A stretch of DNA of 64,000 nucleotides, from positions 2,906,620 through 2,970,619 of the forward strand of contig JBNZDD010013706.1 of assembly GCA_050575255.1 (NCBI GenBank), written 5' to 3'. This document shows, in pieces, positions 25,401-38,880 of this stretch. Numbering within the stretch: position 1 is the stretch's first letter; every line of letters starts with the position of its first letter. This stretch comes from Harriotta raleighana (taxonomy: Eukaryota). Both the position numbers and the translations under genes were made by a program. The notes under the pieces were generated by a model that was not told the DNA's origin, did not search any database, and saw only the letters and a list, made by a program, of their open reading frames with translations.

Positions 25401-27725
25401 TCAAAAAGTATGGGAAATGAGCAGGGGGATTCAGACAGATACAGTGTCCTTCAAATTGTGCTTTTCCAAAATCTTAATTTTGCTATTTTAATAAAATATT
25501 TTAGAAGTTTGTACCTCACGTATAGGAGATATGGGGGTGGGGAGGGCGGGAAGAGGGGAGAAGGAGAGTGGGGGAGACAATAAAGATTTCTGTTAATCAA
25601 CCATTTAATAATCAATCAATAATTAATCAATAATTACATTTATATAATACCTTTCATGTCGGGAGGACATCCCAAGGTGCTGAACAGTCAAGTAGGGATC
25701 AGAGATTATTATTATAATCTGGGCATTTGATATTGTGCTTTACCAAAGCACTTCACAGAAGTACTCTACAGTGAATTGACTTTAAATAGGCAGAGCGAAA
25801 CCTTGGGCAAGTTTCCTTACTCTGCACACCTGATAACAATCCCAAAGAAAAAAATAATTTGGTCACTCAATCCACGACTGTTTGTGGAACACTGTTGTGT
25901 GCAATTGATTGCCGTGTTTTGCCAACAAATATGCAGTCAATTCATGTTACAGTATAATCTGTGAAGCACTTTGAGACATCTAGAAGATGTGAAAAAGTAC
26001 TGTATCAAATGCAAGGATTATTATTAGATTATTTATTTTGTAGATAAAATGTTACATAGCATCCTACAGCGTGAGCAAATTCAAGAATTTAATCCCCAAA
26101 ATAAAATGACACCTGAATAATGATCACATATCATCTCTCCCTCAATCCCTCTGCCTTGCCCACTCCCTCTCCACTTTCAATTCCTGTCTAAAGACCTTTC
26201 TATCTCATTGTGCTTATGGTCATCTCCCCCACGGCTCACTGACAGACTCTGCCTCTGTCAAACACTCTGGGACACTACCTCACCAGAAGGGCGCTATGTA
26301 AACGCAAGTTGTTGTTGTAATCTCCAACTGCAGACTTTATCACTCATTGAAAATGTGATAAAATCGTTGGAATTTTATTCCAATTCTGAATTTTAGCACA
26401 TAAATTCATCCAGGTTTATCAGATTGTACTGAGATGCAGACTCAGAAGACCCAAGAGAGTCAAAAATGCTAGCACTATTCAAAAAAAGAGAGGATTTTTT
26501 CTGGTTGTCCTGGCTAACAAATCCCCAGATAAAATTGATCATTGACTTCATGGCTGTTTTGAGGGACATTGCTGTGTGCATATGGGCTCCTGTGTTCACC
26601 TACAAAATACACAGTCACTAAACTTCACAGAAAATCACATTGAAAGATCTCAGAAATGAGATAAGCTCCTACATGAAACACCAGGATTGCTACTATGAAG
26701 TATCTCAAATAAACATTAGTTGAGAGTGGAAAAATTAGGGGTTTGATTTCATGCTAGAAGGTTGCAATTTCAAATCCTGCGCATTCATCACTCTCTGAAA
26801 TAAATCCACCTTAAGTCTCCGTTACAATACACAAAGATTTTTACACTAATTGGCTAAAAAAGCAACTTCCATTACATCCTCACAGATTCCTTGTTCTTCC
26901 CACATAATGCAGGGCACTTCATGTGTAAATACAATGCAATTTACATTTATAAAGCGCATTTCAAGTTGGCAGCATGGTAACTCGAGTGGGTCTGGTTCCA
27001 TTTTCCTGATTGGTGAATTATTAGATCATTCAATGTCTAAGGAAACACTAAGGAACATTAGAGAATGAAACAGACAAACATTCCTAAATTTTTTGGAAAT
27101 TCAGCTAGTTCAAGCTCCTTCCACTCACAATTCCACACAGATTTCCGTACTTCGGGATCACAAGATCACGAGACAGAGTCGAATGTGGATGTGATGAAGG
27201 AGGATCAAAGGCTAATTCTGTAGTCTCAGAGAGTGATGGTCTCACAGAGTGGTTGCTCGGATCCGCCACTGTTAAATGCTCGAGACGCTACCTGGCGTGG
27301 AGGCCACTATATAAATGCAAGTTGTTGTTGGTAGATAATAGCTAACTTTAATCTACCTTTTGTTTTCCTCAGGACCAGAGGACACAATGGTTCATTGCTA
27401 GGCTGCTCACTGGATTATCAAATCCTTAAAATCCCTGGTTGTCATCGGTGATCAATCAATTAAAACTGGTCATTCACTTCATGGCTGTTTGCTTGATATT
27501 ACTGTGAGCAAATTGTCTGATGCATTTTGCTGAAAATATACAGTCACTACACTTCATGATAAAATCCTACAAAGTGTTTTCAGATGTCTTGATGCAATAT
27601 CAAATGAACAATTATTATAATCCAACAGCCATTATATATTACCTGTCAAATGCTCCATTTATGTCTCCTTTCTTAATTCAGGTGTGAATGCGTCAGGTTG
27701 AAGTGACACCAGCTTCCTACTGAGA

Positions 27726-27743
27726 GTGTGTGTGTGTGTGTGT
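27726..27743. repeat. (GT)n microsatellite
   Basis: gtgtgtgtgtgtgtgtg, directly visible. Confidence 0.9.
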
Positions 27744-28604
27744 GAATACGCTGAGCTATGAAATTGCGATAAAGTGTTTGATGGCCTGAACACCAAGCAA
27801 AGGCCTTTCGCCACAAAATACACAATCACTACACTTTATAGAGTGTTCTATGAAGCACTCTGAAACATCCAGACAACATGATAAATGCAAGGATTATTAT
27901 TATTAGATGCCTAAACATCTAATGGGAGTGGATTAATTCTATTAAACAGAGGGGAGTTTCAAAAATTCAAAACAAAGGCGTATTTTCCAGGCTCCTGGCC
28001 AAACTTCATCCAGATGGAAACTGGTCATTAACTTCATGTTTATGGATGTTTATGGGACATTGCTGTGCACCACATACCATGTTTGTCTGCAAAATACAGT
28101 CACTCCATTTAACAGAAAATCCTGTGCAGTACTTGAGATGACTTTCTGTCGCGAAAGTTTTGATATCAGATGCATTATTATTTTTAATAACATTAATTAT
28201 TATTACATGACACAATGTGGTATATCTGCACTGAATTTTAGTGAATTTAGCATCATGACGTAGAGTTTCTGTTGTGTATTTGTGTAACACCTGTGGTGAG
28301 GCATGATTCTACTGTATGAAAATACAGTCATTACGGTGTAGAGTATATCCTGAGAGCTGCCTTTAGATATCCTCCTGATGTGAAAAGTGCCAGATCAAAT
28401 GTAAAGAAATCTATTAGAATGGAGAAATTCCAACAAAGGCTTACATCCCTAATGCCAAATGGAAATTCCATCCAAATATTTGGATGTGGCTGCATATCTC
28501 ATTCATCACCATGAGCATTTATATTCTATCTTTTCCACAGTCATTCAGTGACACATGCTAAATTACTCAGAAAATAGCGCAACATAAAACCTGAAAATAC
28601 TTAC

Positions 28605-28612
28605 TGTGTATT
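28605..28612 (-). CDS. PITPNC1: PITPNC1 coding exon 4, 8-nt microexon (AATACACA; E-Y-T)
   Basis: gaatgcag|AATACACA|gtaagt. It supplies exactly the bases needed to restore frame and the conserved TEYTCSF motif between exons 3 and 5. Confidence 0.9.
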
Positions 28613-29451
28613 CTGCATTCACAGGACAAATGGGAGGTGATGCATTGAAAAAAAAGGAAAAAAGAATTAATGACAATAATTAAAGCAATGCACCCCCTTC
28701 CCCGATTGCATACTCCAGAATCTGTTAATTCTGAAGGCACTCAGTTAAATAATCTGCGTTGGAGACTCCACTCAGCACCTAAAATATGCTATGGTCTTTC
28801 ATGAATAGACAACAAAATCTGTTGCCTGCCAGCCCTGTCCACACAAGACATCAATCTTGATTCCTGTTTAGGCAAATCAGCTTTAAAGAGAGAAACCATC
28901 CTCTCTTCTCCCCGCAACCTACACAAAACCCAAACTCTACAAAAACCCCAGCTAACATTGACGCCTGGTGTTTAAGGGGAATTCTTGAATTCGGCACGTG
29001 TCTACCTCGAATGAACAATGAAAATGATAATTTCCTTCAAATGATCAGTAAGGTGAAGAGTTCACTGCACTGAACAGTGATCGACTCCCACTCCTCCTCC
29101 TCCCCCTCCACTGTATCTAGTGATGGTATGCAGCGTGAGATAAGATGGAAGAGTCAGTCATAATATGAGAAACATTCCAGAGACAACTCACAACTCCCTT
29201 TGAAGGCCCTCCAGGCGCTTAAGTTTGCATCTTTACAGAAATTAACCGGTTTGGCTTTCCTCAGACAGGCTGTCAGGTGGAACTCTTGAACTGTGACTCG
29301 ATGAAAGAAAGGGAAGAGCTTGACTGTGAGAGGTGATTCGTAGGGGAGCCGTGATCAGGAACCATGCAAAATTGGGCAGAGAACGAGAACTCAACACACC
29401 CTAAAACTCACCCACCTACCCACCCAGAATCCCCCACTTTTCTAAATTTGT

Positions 29452-29752
29452 GGACTCCAGCAGCTCAGTGGTTTAGAGCACTCGACCTGACAAGCAAGAG
29501 ACCTGGGTTCAATTCCCGGCAGGATAAAACCGTGGGCAAGTTTCCTTACTCCACACAACTAATAATGATCCCTCAAAAAAAATGAAATTGGTCATTTCAA
29601 TCCACGACTGTTTGTGGGACACTACTCTGCGCAGTTGGCTACTGCATTTTCCCCACAAATAAACAGTCAATTCACTTTACAGTATATTCTGTGAAGTGCT
29701 TTGAGACGTCTAGAAGATGTGAAAAGTGCTATATCTAATGTAGTAAGGATTT
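29452..29752 (+). mobile_element. tRNA-derived SINE, full length
   Basis: gctcagtggtttagagc (box A), gggttcaattccc (box B), then the conserved body and tail. Confidence 0.85.
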
Positions 29753-30536
29753 TTGTTAGTATTAAATCGTAATTACACTGAATAACCAGCAGGAGGCCTC
29801 AACTGTAACTAAATATACAAAATCACAAGGAAGAGTCAGATCAAGAAGGTCATTTGGCTAATTTGTTCTCAACCTTTCTGAACACCCACCCTACTGCAGT
29901 ATCATGATGTTTCTTAAGTTACTCTGATGGCAAGTACATCTTTTCTGCTGAACTTGGTGAAACCTTTAACACCCACTGGCATATCCAATTCTTGCATGTT
30001 CTCCCACCCAAGAGAGCACTAGAAGGGCAATAACACACAAACAAAATGTTTCTTGGATGTCCAGCACTTTGGGACATCCTCCCGACGTAAAAGGCGCTCT
30101 ACAAACATGATTTGTTGCTGTTATTGTTTCCAGAAGATTTTTGAAGGCATCAAAATCAAACAGGTTTGCCTCCTGTCAAAGAGACACTATTTCTTAATGT
30201 GGGAATGTTCTCATGAACAATACGCATGTATTATACCGTATTTAACTAAATGTAAAATGGAGGACTTTCCATGATTTTAAAAAAAGCTTCAAAATCCAGG
30301 GGCAAATAAGTATTGAAGTAAATATCAACAACAACAACAACAAAATTACACTTGTATAGTGCCTTTCATGTCAGGAAGACGTCACAAGGCACTGGAAGCA
30401 ATTTGTACATATCCTTTCTTCCCCACCCTAAAAAATATTCTGTAAAGTCTGCCTGAGGTTGAGGAAGGACACACACCTCCACAATGATTTCCATTGTGAA
30501 ACAGCAACAGAGGCAAAGATTGAGCTGTCCTCTTAC

Positions 30537-30625
30537 CTGTAATGGTATAGGGATAATAATTCCAGGCCTTCTCTGTGATATAAAATATTCGAGGCACCAC
30601 AGCCCTGGCCCAACTGGGCAATTTA
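30537..30625 (-). CDS. PITPNC1: PITPNC1 coding exon 3 (89 nt)
   Basis: Acceptor tctcttccccag|, donor ACAG|gtaaga. Translates KLPSWARAVVPRIFYITEKAWNYYPYTIT, within ORF 30382..30621. Confidence 0.95.
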
Positions 30626-33264
30626 CTGGGGAAGAGAACAAATAAAAATAATTATTTAAATGATTAAATAAACTTTACTGTAATATCCCATAAAGCACTT
30701 TGAGACATCTTGACAATGTGATGAGGCGCTGTATCAAATGACAGGATTATCATTTCCATTGCAGGAAGAATTCCCCAGTAAGTGACATTCACGTTTCGGC
30801 AGCGATATACAGTGGTGGGGGAGGTGAGGACAGCCACAATCAGATAGAATAGTAATAATAATGAACATTACATTTGATATACAGTAGTGCTTTTCAATGT
30901 TAAAGACACTCAGAAAGAGAGAGAAAAAATAGTAGAGGCTCAATGCAGAGGTTAGGATATTGGACAGGATATTGATTTGTGCCCCCCACCCCCTCACTGT
31001 CCCACACTTATTGGGGGAAGGAGCTGGTGCTAAAGTCAACATGATGTTTGCTAAAAATCCTCACATCCTGATCTCAGTAGCAGCACTGTGAAGAAGGGAT
31101 GAGGATTAGAATCAGACTGAGATTTGCTTGTTAACAGGATTCATTGATATAATTATAATAATAATCCTTGCATTTGATATAGTGCTTTTCATGTCTTCTA
31201 CACATCTCAAAGCGCGTCACAGAATATACTGTAAAGTGAATTGACTGTATATTTGTGGACGATCTCAGCCCCCATACACAGCCCCAGACAGACAACTTGT
31301 CTGGAACATCACATCCCAGAAGACTTTTGATAATGGAAAGGCAAAATTACAGGAGAATATAGATTTTCTGATGTCAGATTCAAGTCGCAAAGATACATAT
31401 ATTTTAAGAGGCACAGCACAGTGCCAAAATGCAATTTGTACATTACACACTTCCACAGGACCTGGGCGAAATCATTCAACAGAGAATTTATTGAAGAGTG
31501 TTAAAATGTGTGTATCCAGCTGGTTGCCTTTGATAGATATAGTAAGATCTATGGTGCAGCTTATTCTGTGAGATTCTATTTCACAGACCAGCCAACAATT
31601 CAAGGCTTGTTGCTGTATATTGTAAAATGGAGGATTATAAATTAACTAAACAGATAACTCAACTGAGCCAACTTCTGATTCACCAACAGATAGTCATTGG
31701 ACGAAACTTAAATCTGGTCACGGTCCCAAATACAGTCTCACTGTAACAAACGCTATTCCATTCCCCCCCCCCCACCCATTTGTCTTTACTAAAAAAAAAC
31801 TTTTCCGTGGGAAATAATCCCTCACCCTCAATGTGGCCCAATATTCTGTAAAGTGCTTTGAGAGTCTTAATGGCATAATAAGGCGCTCTATCAAATGCAA
31901 GGATTATTCAATTATTTTTATTCCTCTGATCTTCTAGAGAGAAAAAAAAAGAGTCTCTTACTTCATGGTTGTTTATGGGGCACATTAGCTGCTGCATTCG
32001 CCAACAATATACACAGTCACTGCACTTTCCACCAAACTCTGTCCCTGCTACGAGTCGTTTCAACATGACGAGGTGTTATATCAAATGAAAGGATTATAAC
32101 AATGGTAATATTAATCATTGCATTTGATAAATACCTTATAGCATTGCTGAGGAGTTCCAAAGCGCTTCACATGACACACTGTAATGTGTATCCTGTGGGC
32201 AAAATGATTAAGATTGATGTTTGTCAAATTCGGAAGCAATAAAATCCTTGTGGGCTATGTTGCTTTTTGCAACGACTCCTCCCAATGCTTTCTTTGGCCG
32301 GCAGTACATGGCTGACATCCTGGGCTACCAGAGCAAACACCTTGACAAATTACAAGCAAAATGTAGATCGATGCTTTGTTACTGAACATGGCATTGCTGG
32401 GGGTCATTCATTATAATCTCACATATTGTCGACGCTGATGGGTCAGACAGCCGGGCACATTTGAATAATGTGTTTCCTGAAATAGCCGCCTGACTTTTAA
32501 ACTGGGAGATTACACTGGGGAGAAAGCAGCTAAAAATAGTCAGTGAACGGCTGCAGAGATTCTATATTTAACGTCACAGCACGATTTGAACGCAACAAAA
32601 TGGTCACCCACGAGTCCTTCTGGCTATTGCCTGTCATCTCAGGGTAACCTCGCACTGACACAAATAACCTCATCAAATACATCCAGCGCTGTACTTAATA
32701 ACGGAGGAACAGCAACTAGATTATTAACTATTAAATCTATGCTGAGGAACAGAGGAACTTGGGCAGATCGGATGTCTTTGAGCTATTAGGCATATTGTCG
32801 CAATCAATGGCTGTTAGTATTCCATTAGGAATGCACTGAGGCAAACATGCATCGAGAATCAATACAATGCTGACCAGAATCATAAATGGAATGCAGACAA
32901 CTGCACTGAGTCACTGCCTGTATCTATATTAAATGCAACCCTGTGATAGCGTGCTTCACTATAGCAGTGAGTTGCTTCTAATGCTAAAAAATAATATTGC
33001 GCCTAACCAGTCGTTGAGACATTGCAAAACTCTTCACAGAATCTATTGTAAAGTGAATTGTCTATGTATTTTTTGGGCGATAGCACACAGCCTATTGCAC
33101 ACAGCAGTGTCCCACACACAGCCATGTTGTGAGTGACCAATTTGGGGGGATGGAAAGCAAACCTCAGAAAGCAATCTGCCAATGGACTCACAATCAGGTT
33201 CCAATTTATTCCTACTTACACTTGATTTTATTCCTAAATGAGCTAGCTCTCATTTTAAGATTAC

Positions 33265-33561
33265 GGGCAGACACACACAGCCATGAAGTGAGGGACCAAT
33301 TTTGTTTTGGGGATTGTGGACCAGCACACCAGGAGAGAGAAATATCCCTTTTCTTTTCGATTAGAGTCCACAGGATTCGTAACATCCACCCAAATAGGCA
33401 GACAGGACCTTGGTTTAACGTGGTACCTCGGACATTGAAACACTACCCCAGCTCTCCACTGGAGCTTCAGACCATGAGATTCCAAATCCCAAAGTGGCGC
33501 TTTGAACTCACAACTTTCTGACTCAGAGATGAGAGCTACCTAAGGCTGAGCCAGGCTGACA
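33265..33561 (-). mobile_element. Decayed Deu-domain SINE
   Basis: cagccatgaagtga...ccagcacaccaggagagagaaa...aacatccacc...ctgactcagag...gctgagccaggctgaca. Confidence 0.65.
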
Positions 33562-36119
33562 AGTGATTGCTAACCCAGACAATTTTCGTTCTTGAAGCAA
33601 ACTGGCTCCATCAACAGTTTGTTGAAAAACACCCTCTCCACAGTGTATTCAACGTCTGTGACACGATGTCTGTGACATCGGGTTGCAGAATGATTTCATA
33701 ATACGACCATGAAGTAGCCAGACGCAATTGGTCTCGAGCACAGCGCTGAGTGTAAACTGCATTAATAGGTGAATGCAACCAACATGCATCACTAAGACAG
33801 AGTGATGGAGACAATCAGCCGGACACAGGCATTCACAACAACACAGTGCCCAGCCATGTAGTTAACCCTGCGTCATTCATCAGCCGTGCTGTAAATCAGG
33901 CCATTAATTTAGCTGCCCCCACCCTCACCGGCGACATCTCACACATTCTAGTACCACCCGCAGTCACAGTTCTAATCTGTTTCAAAATGGAGGTGACCTT
34001 CTCCCCCTCCAACATCACTCCTCTCCTCCACCCAACCCCCCCCCCCCTCCTCTGCCCTCCAAATATATAAAGTGAAAAAGTAATGAAATTTGATGTAATG
34101 TTGTGTTGTCTCCTTTCTGTGTTTAAAAAAAAATCTATGTGTCTTCAATAATAATCCATAGTCCCTCAAAAAAAATTATTTGGTCACTCAATTCACATCT
34201 GTGGGACACTGCTGCTGTGTGCAACTGGCTGCTACAATTCGCCAGCAAAATATACAGGTAACCCATATAATATTATACCCGGTGAAGAGCTTTGAGGTGT
34301 CTCAACAACGCAATAAGGCGCTATAACAAATGCAAGGATTATTATGAGTAATTATTAGCGCCTTTCATGTCGGGGAGGTGGTTTCAACGCATTCTTGTAG
34401 CACAAAGTGGATGAAATATTTCCTGATGGGGGTCCCATTACCATTGCCATGCTTGTTAAAGATATCTGTTCTGTTTATTTAATGCAAGAAAAATCGGAAA
34501 TAAAAAATATACAAAAAAGAGGATTTTACTAAAGAGCCGTAGAATCCAGAGCATTATATGTTAATTGCAGGTTGTTGGTGTGAGATTTTTTTTCTCTCTC
34601 TCATTTCCTGTAGTTCAGCTCAACCGGGGAACAGAAACTCAAAGGAGCCAACCAAACATGCCTTTTTGTTTGATCACCTACAGAGTAAATAATGATCCTT
34701 GTAATTCAAGCAGCGCCTATACCATTGAAACCTCTCAAAGCACTTCACAGGGAATCTCTGTGCATTTGGTAGGCGAACGTGGCCGTCAATTTGAGTCCCA
34801 CAAGCAGCCATGAAAGAAATGACAGATTAATAACATAAAACTCTTGCATCTATAGAACCATGGAGGTGTTCAACATGGCAGGGGGTCATTTTTTTTATTT
34901 GGTGCTTGTTTCTTCCAAAACCAATTTATTTTAATCTTAGTTAACCTCGCTTTCAGCCACTACATCCGACACTCTGAAACACTATTTCTCTCCCTTCCTT
35001 CCACATCATCCGGGAGACCTTCCTCTTTGACCATGCCTACGGTAGCCTCCCTCGCATCCCTGGCTTGGCATCATGCCCCACCATTGTCAAGCATCTGGGA
35101 GTCTCTGCTCTTGCCCCACGCAACAACGACAAAATTACATTTGTACAGTGTTTTTCATGTCGGGAGGACGTCCCAAGACACTGGAGCTCCTTCTAATGCA
35201 CCTTAATTTATTTTGTGGGTCTTTAATGTTTATGAAAATAAATAGATTTGTCATCCAGGAAATTTGTGGATTGTTGGCCAGGACACTGGGAGAGTAAAAG
35301 TAAACTTTCAGTTGAAGGAGAGTAAAAGTAAAACTTCTTCTCTAGACTTACAGGGTTTCCAAGGGTTGGGGTGACTTACTGGGGACTGGCTGTTACAGCA
35401 ATGCTAATTGGAAGGATTTAAAAGAGAATTACTGTACACCACAAAAATAATTTGAATTGATATAGTGCCCTTTACATACAGAAACACACTTTTAGAGCAA
35501 GTTTATTAAGGGAAAGGGAGGGAGGGCAGGCTATTGGGATTAGGATGGATGGCTTTCACAGAGCAAACACTGACACTAAAACAATGGCCTTGTACATTTC
35601 TATGGTTAACTGAGCAGCATCACAATGGCTGCAAGACGGGTGAAGGCAGTGCTTTGATTGTTAAGTGTAGCTCTGTCTACAGAAAGCTTCACTTGTTTGA
35701 TTTTCAATAATGTTTGATTGAACTGGGCAGCTCCAAAGACAAACCAGCCCTGAAATGTTCCTGCAAATAGCTGTTCCTGAAAGATTCATCCAGCAGCCAA
35801 CAGGACTGATTGAAAGGCATTTGATTAAAGTGGGATTTGGGGAATAATGGGGATACAGTTGTTGTATATACAGTATCTTACCATCGCTCAAAGGCTGAGC
35901 CCACACAGGAACACAGAAATGTGTCCTCCCATCATCTCCCATCTCCAATAAAACTACCAGAAACTCTGAAGAAAAATACTGATAATCGTTGCATTTCAAA
36001 CAGCTCCTTATCAAAATATATTTTGTAGGCGTTTGCAGCAGCCTATTTGTGTACAGCAATGTCTTGCAAACAGAGTGAAGTGGGTGATCTGGAATCGAGG
36101 GTGGATGCAGAGAGATAGT

Positions 36120-37475
36120 GTTGGGTGTCATGATTTGAGAGGAGAGGTAATGGAAGAGGATTGAATGGTCCACGGCGTTGAAGGCAGCAGATAGATCGAG
36201 GAGGATCAGAACTCTGGTCACAGATGGACAGGATGTCATTTGTGACCTCGACCAGAGCAGTTCGGAGGGGCTGATGAAGGGAATGGTAGGGAAGGAATGA
36301 GTGAGAACTCGTCAGAACTCTTTCAAGGACCTTGGAGAGAAAAGGAAGGTTGGAGATGGGCCAGTAACTGCAAATCAAGGATGCGTCCAACAAAGGCTTC
36401 TTCAGAATGGGGGTGAGCGTAGAAGAGTTCTGAGACGCTGTCCGGCGTGGAGGGCGCTATATAAATTAAAGTTGTTGTTATTATACCTGTTGAGGGGATG
36501 GGGATGATAGAGAGAGACATTTGGTGTTGGGAGAGTAGAGGCTTGAGGAGGTAAACCTAGGAGGCAAGGAGAGGGGGTGCGGAATGGGTCAAGGAAGTGG
36601 GTTGTGTGTTTCATGGTCGATATGCTGATGATGAGAAAGGAGGGGGAAACAGGTTCGCAAATGTGGAAGAAGGGATGGGCATGGATCAGAGTGTGGGTGT
36701 AGGTGGGGAGGGAGTGATGGTTGGGAAGGCAGATGTAGCTGAACGGATTCCCTTGATTTTGGACTTGAGGAAATCCAGCATCTCCTCACAGTTAGAAGTT
36801 GAGGAGAGAATATGCGAGGCGTGGGGGTGCTGGACGGTGGAGCCGGTTGATGGTGGTGAATAGGAGCCTGGGATTGCCCTTTGCCTCCAAGATTATCTTG
36901 GATGAGGATAAACTTTGTGATTAAGAGGTAGTTTGGGAGGTGAAGGGGGAAAGGGTATCGAGAATGGTGAAAAGGGTACTGTGGAGGAGAGTGAGTGAGA
37001 AGACAGTGCGGAGGGTAGGTCAGAGCAGGAGGAGTTCAGTTGATTCCAAGGCAGCGGAGAGGATTGTGTGGAGAGGATTTTGTTCCAGGGGCAGTATAGG
37101 ATGGAGGTGGGTTTAGTCGTGGTCGGGAGAGGGATTGATAAGTTAAAGGAGACGCAGTGGTGATTGGAGATGGCCTTGTCTGTGATGGTGAGATGAGGGT
37201 GGGCAAGGTTTTTTGGGGCGCAGAAACTTAGGAGGTTTTTGAGGGTAATATTGGGGGGAAGGTGCTAGAATGAGGGGAATAAGTAAAAGAGTAAGAGGCT
37301 AAAGCAAGTGAGGTCCTGGAGATGGCCAAACCATCCCCACGGTGGTCGGGACATGGGTTATGATGGGAGGTGTAGCTGGGGAATGTGGCCTCAGTGAGGG
37401 GGATGGTGTCACCCAGGGGGATGGTGTCACCCGGGGTGATCCAAGTTTCAGTGAAGGCCATGGTGTTGATAGCAG
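36120..37475 (-). mobile_element. L2-clade LINE ORF2 fragment (endonuclease to RT start), decayed; interrupted by a + strand L2 tail at ~36418-36485
   Basis: Motifs AFTETW (APE endonuclease), PISNLPFLSKVLERV, TALVEVTNDIL and LILLDLSAAFNAVDHSIL lie in shifted frames. Confidence 0.85.
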
Positions 37476-38064
37476 GAAGATGGGAACTTGGTTTTAATGC
37501 TATATCCAAAGGATGGCACCTCTGACAATGCAGTGCTCGCCCAGCGCTGTACTGGAATGTCAATCTGGAATGATAACAAACAGTTGCTGAAACTACACTC
37601 AGCCTTTCCTTTCCATTATACAATGGAAGTTGGCGGTATTCTTGAATTCAACATTCTTGAATTCAGTCTTCATGTAGTCTTCATGTAGAAGAGAGTGTTC
37701 CACGGTTTCTTAAAACAAATCTAGCCAATGGGGTGGGTGGGGGAATTTCCACAATTCTGTGCATCTTAAAAATCCTAAAACATGTCTGCCTTCCAACGGG
37801 CGGCCAAAGGTTTAAACTCTTAGAACATTCTCTCCCCAATCCCTCCTCCTTGCCCCCTTGGTTCCTTTATTTAGCTCACCACTGAAGACCTTCCTCATCG
37901 ACTTCACTCATGGTCAACATCTCCCCCAGCCCCTGGTTCTTCCACCTTGGTGTCCAGCTCTCCCACTGAATAGCGCCAACATGCTGTCCCAGATGACGGG
38001 CACTATTTAACTGCAAGTTGTTGGAAGAGAAATGGATGTGACCCACTTTGTGCCAGCTGCCTAC

Positions 38065-38213
38065 CTGGATAGATGGACCCGCTTCTCCGTGAACTGCCCT
38101 TTGCCGTGGACAGGATCTTCGTGCGGTTCATTTTTGACCACCTCCACCCCCTCACCCTTGTCGCTCTGCTCGTGGCTGTGCTTGCTGATGGTGTACAGCT
38201 GTCCTATCCTGTA
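38065..38213 (-). CDS. PITPNC1: PITPNC1 coding exon 2 (149 nt)
   Basis: Acceptor ...gttacag|TAC, donor TCCAG|gtagg. Translates YRIGQLYTISKHSHEQSDKGEGVEVVKNEPHEDPVHGKGQFTEKRVHLS. Not shown in the ORF track. Confidence 0.95.
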
Positions 38214-38334
38214 CTGTAACGAGATACAAAGAGAATTTTAATCCCACACACCCCGAGCTGATGACAACAAGGTGCAAGGCTCCCGAGTGAGGAGTGTCCA
38301 GAGACTCATCCAACACAAACTCCCAGCAAACTCA

Positions 38335-38880
38335 TAACAATAACAACAACAGCAACAAGAAAATTACACTTCTATCGTGCCTTTCATGTCAGGAGGACGT
38401 CCTAAGGTGCTGGACAGACATTGTTACAGATCCGAGCTGGGGTTGGGGATGGGGAGGGCAAAGGGCAAGGGGGGAAGTGGGGTGAACAATGGGACCGTTG
38501 AAGAGAAGGGTATTGAGGTGGGACTTGAAGGAGGCTAGGAAGAGGGGTGTCTGTGGGATGGAGTACCGGATGGATTGGCTGAAGGCTCGGCCGCCAATGG
38601 TGGGTGGTTGTGTTGGGGTACATGGAACAGGCCGCAGTCTGCTGAGCGGAGGGTGTGGGCAGGTTGGTAGGGGATTAGGAGGTCGCAGAGGTAGGGTGGG
38701 GTGAGGCCATGGAGGGCTTTGAATGTAAGGACCAGGATCTTTAATTGGATTCTCTGAGAGATGGGGAGCCAATGTGAGGCGAGGATGGGGTAGATGGGGT
38801 CATGAAGCAGAGAGGACATGGGCCGCAGAGTTTTGGATTATCTGCAGCCTCTGGCGGGAGGAATTGGGAAGGTTGACAAT
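38335..38880 (-). mobile_element. L2-clade LINE 3' fragment
   Basis: (CAA)n tail and HWLPISQRIQLKILVLTFKALHGLTPPYLCDLL. Confidence 0.88.

Larger units (their letters stand above)
7108..38213 (-). other. PITPNC1: PITPNC1 gene span, coding exons 2-9 (exon 1 not found in window); cytoplasmic phosphatidylinositol transfer protein 1 / RdgB-beta
   Basis: Eight GT-AG exons join in frame (149+89+8+72+96+156+64+266=900 nt) to YRIGQLYTISKHSHEQSDKGEGVEVV...WARAVVPRIFYITEKAWNYYPYTITEYTCSFLPKF...GHRQAFAWVDEW...RPRKKSAPEMLTLPELRERAALE*. Sequence and exon sizes match vertebrate PITPNC1 as I recall them. Confidence 0.95.

Noticed and set aside
35661-36239. 192-aa minus-strand ORF with an RT-like start
   Set aside because: Only the first ~35 aa derive from L2 RT (LLDLSAAF). 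The rest is read-through into unrelated intron sequence, so it is not an intact retrotransposon ORF.
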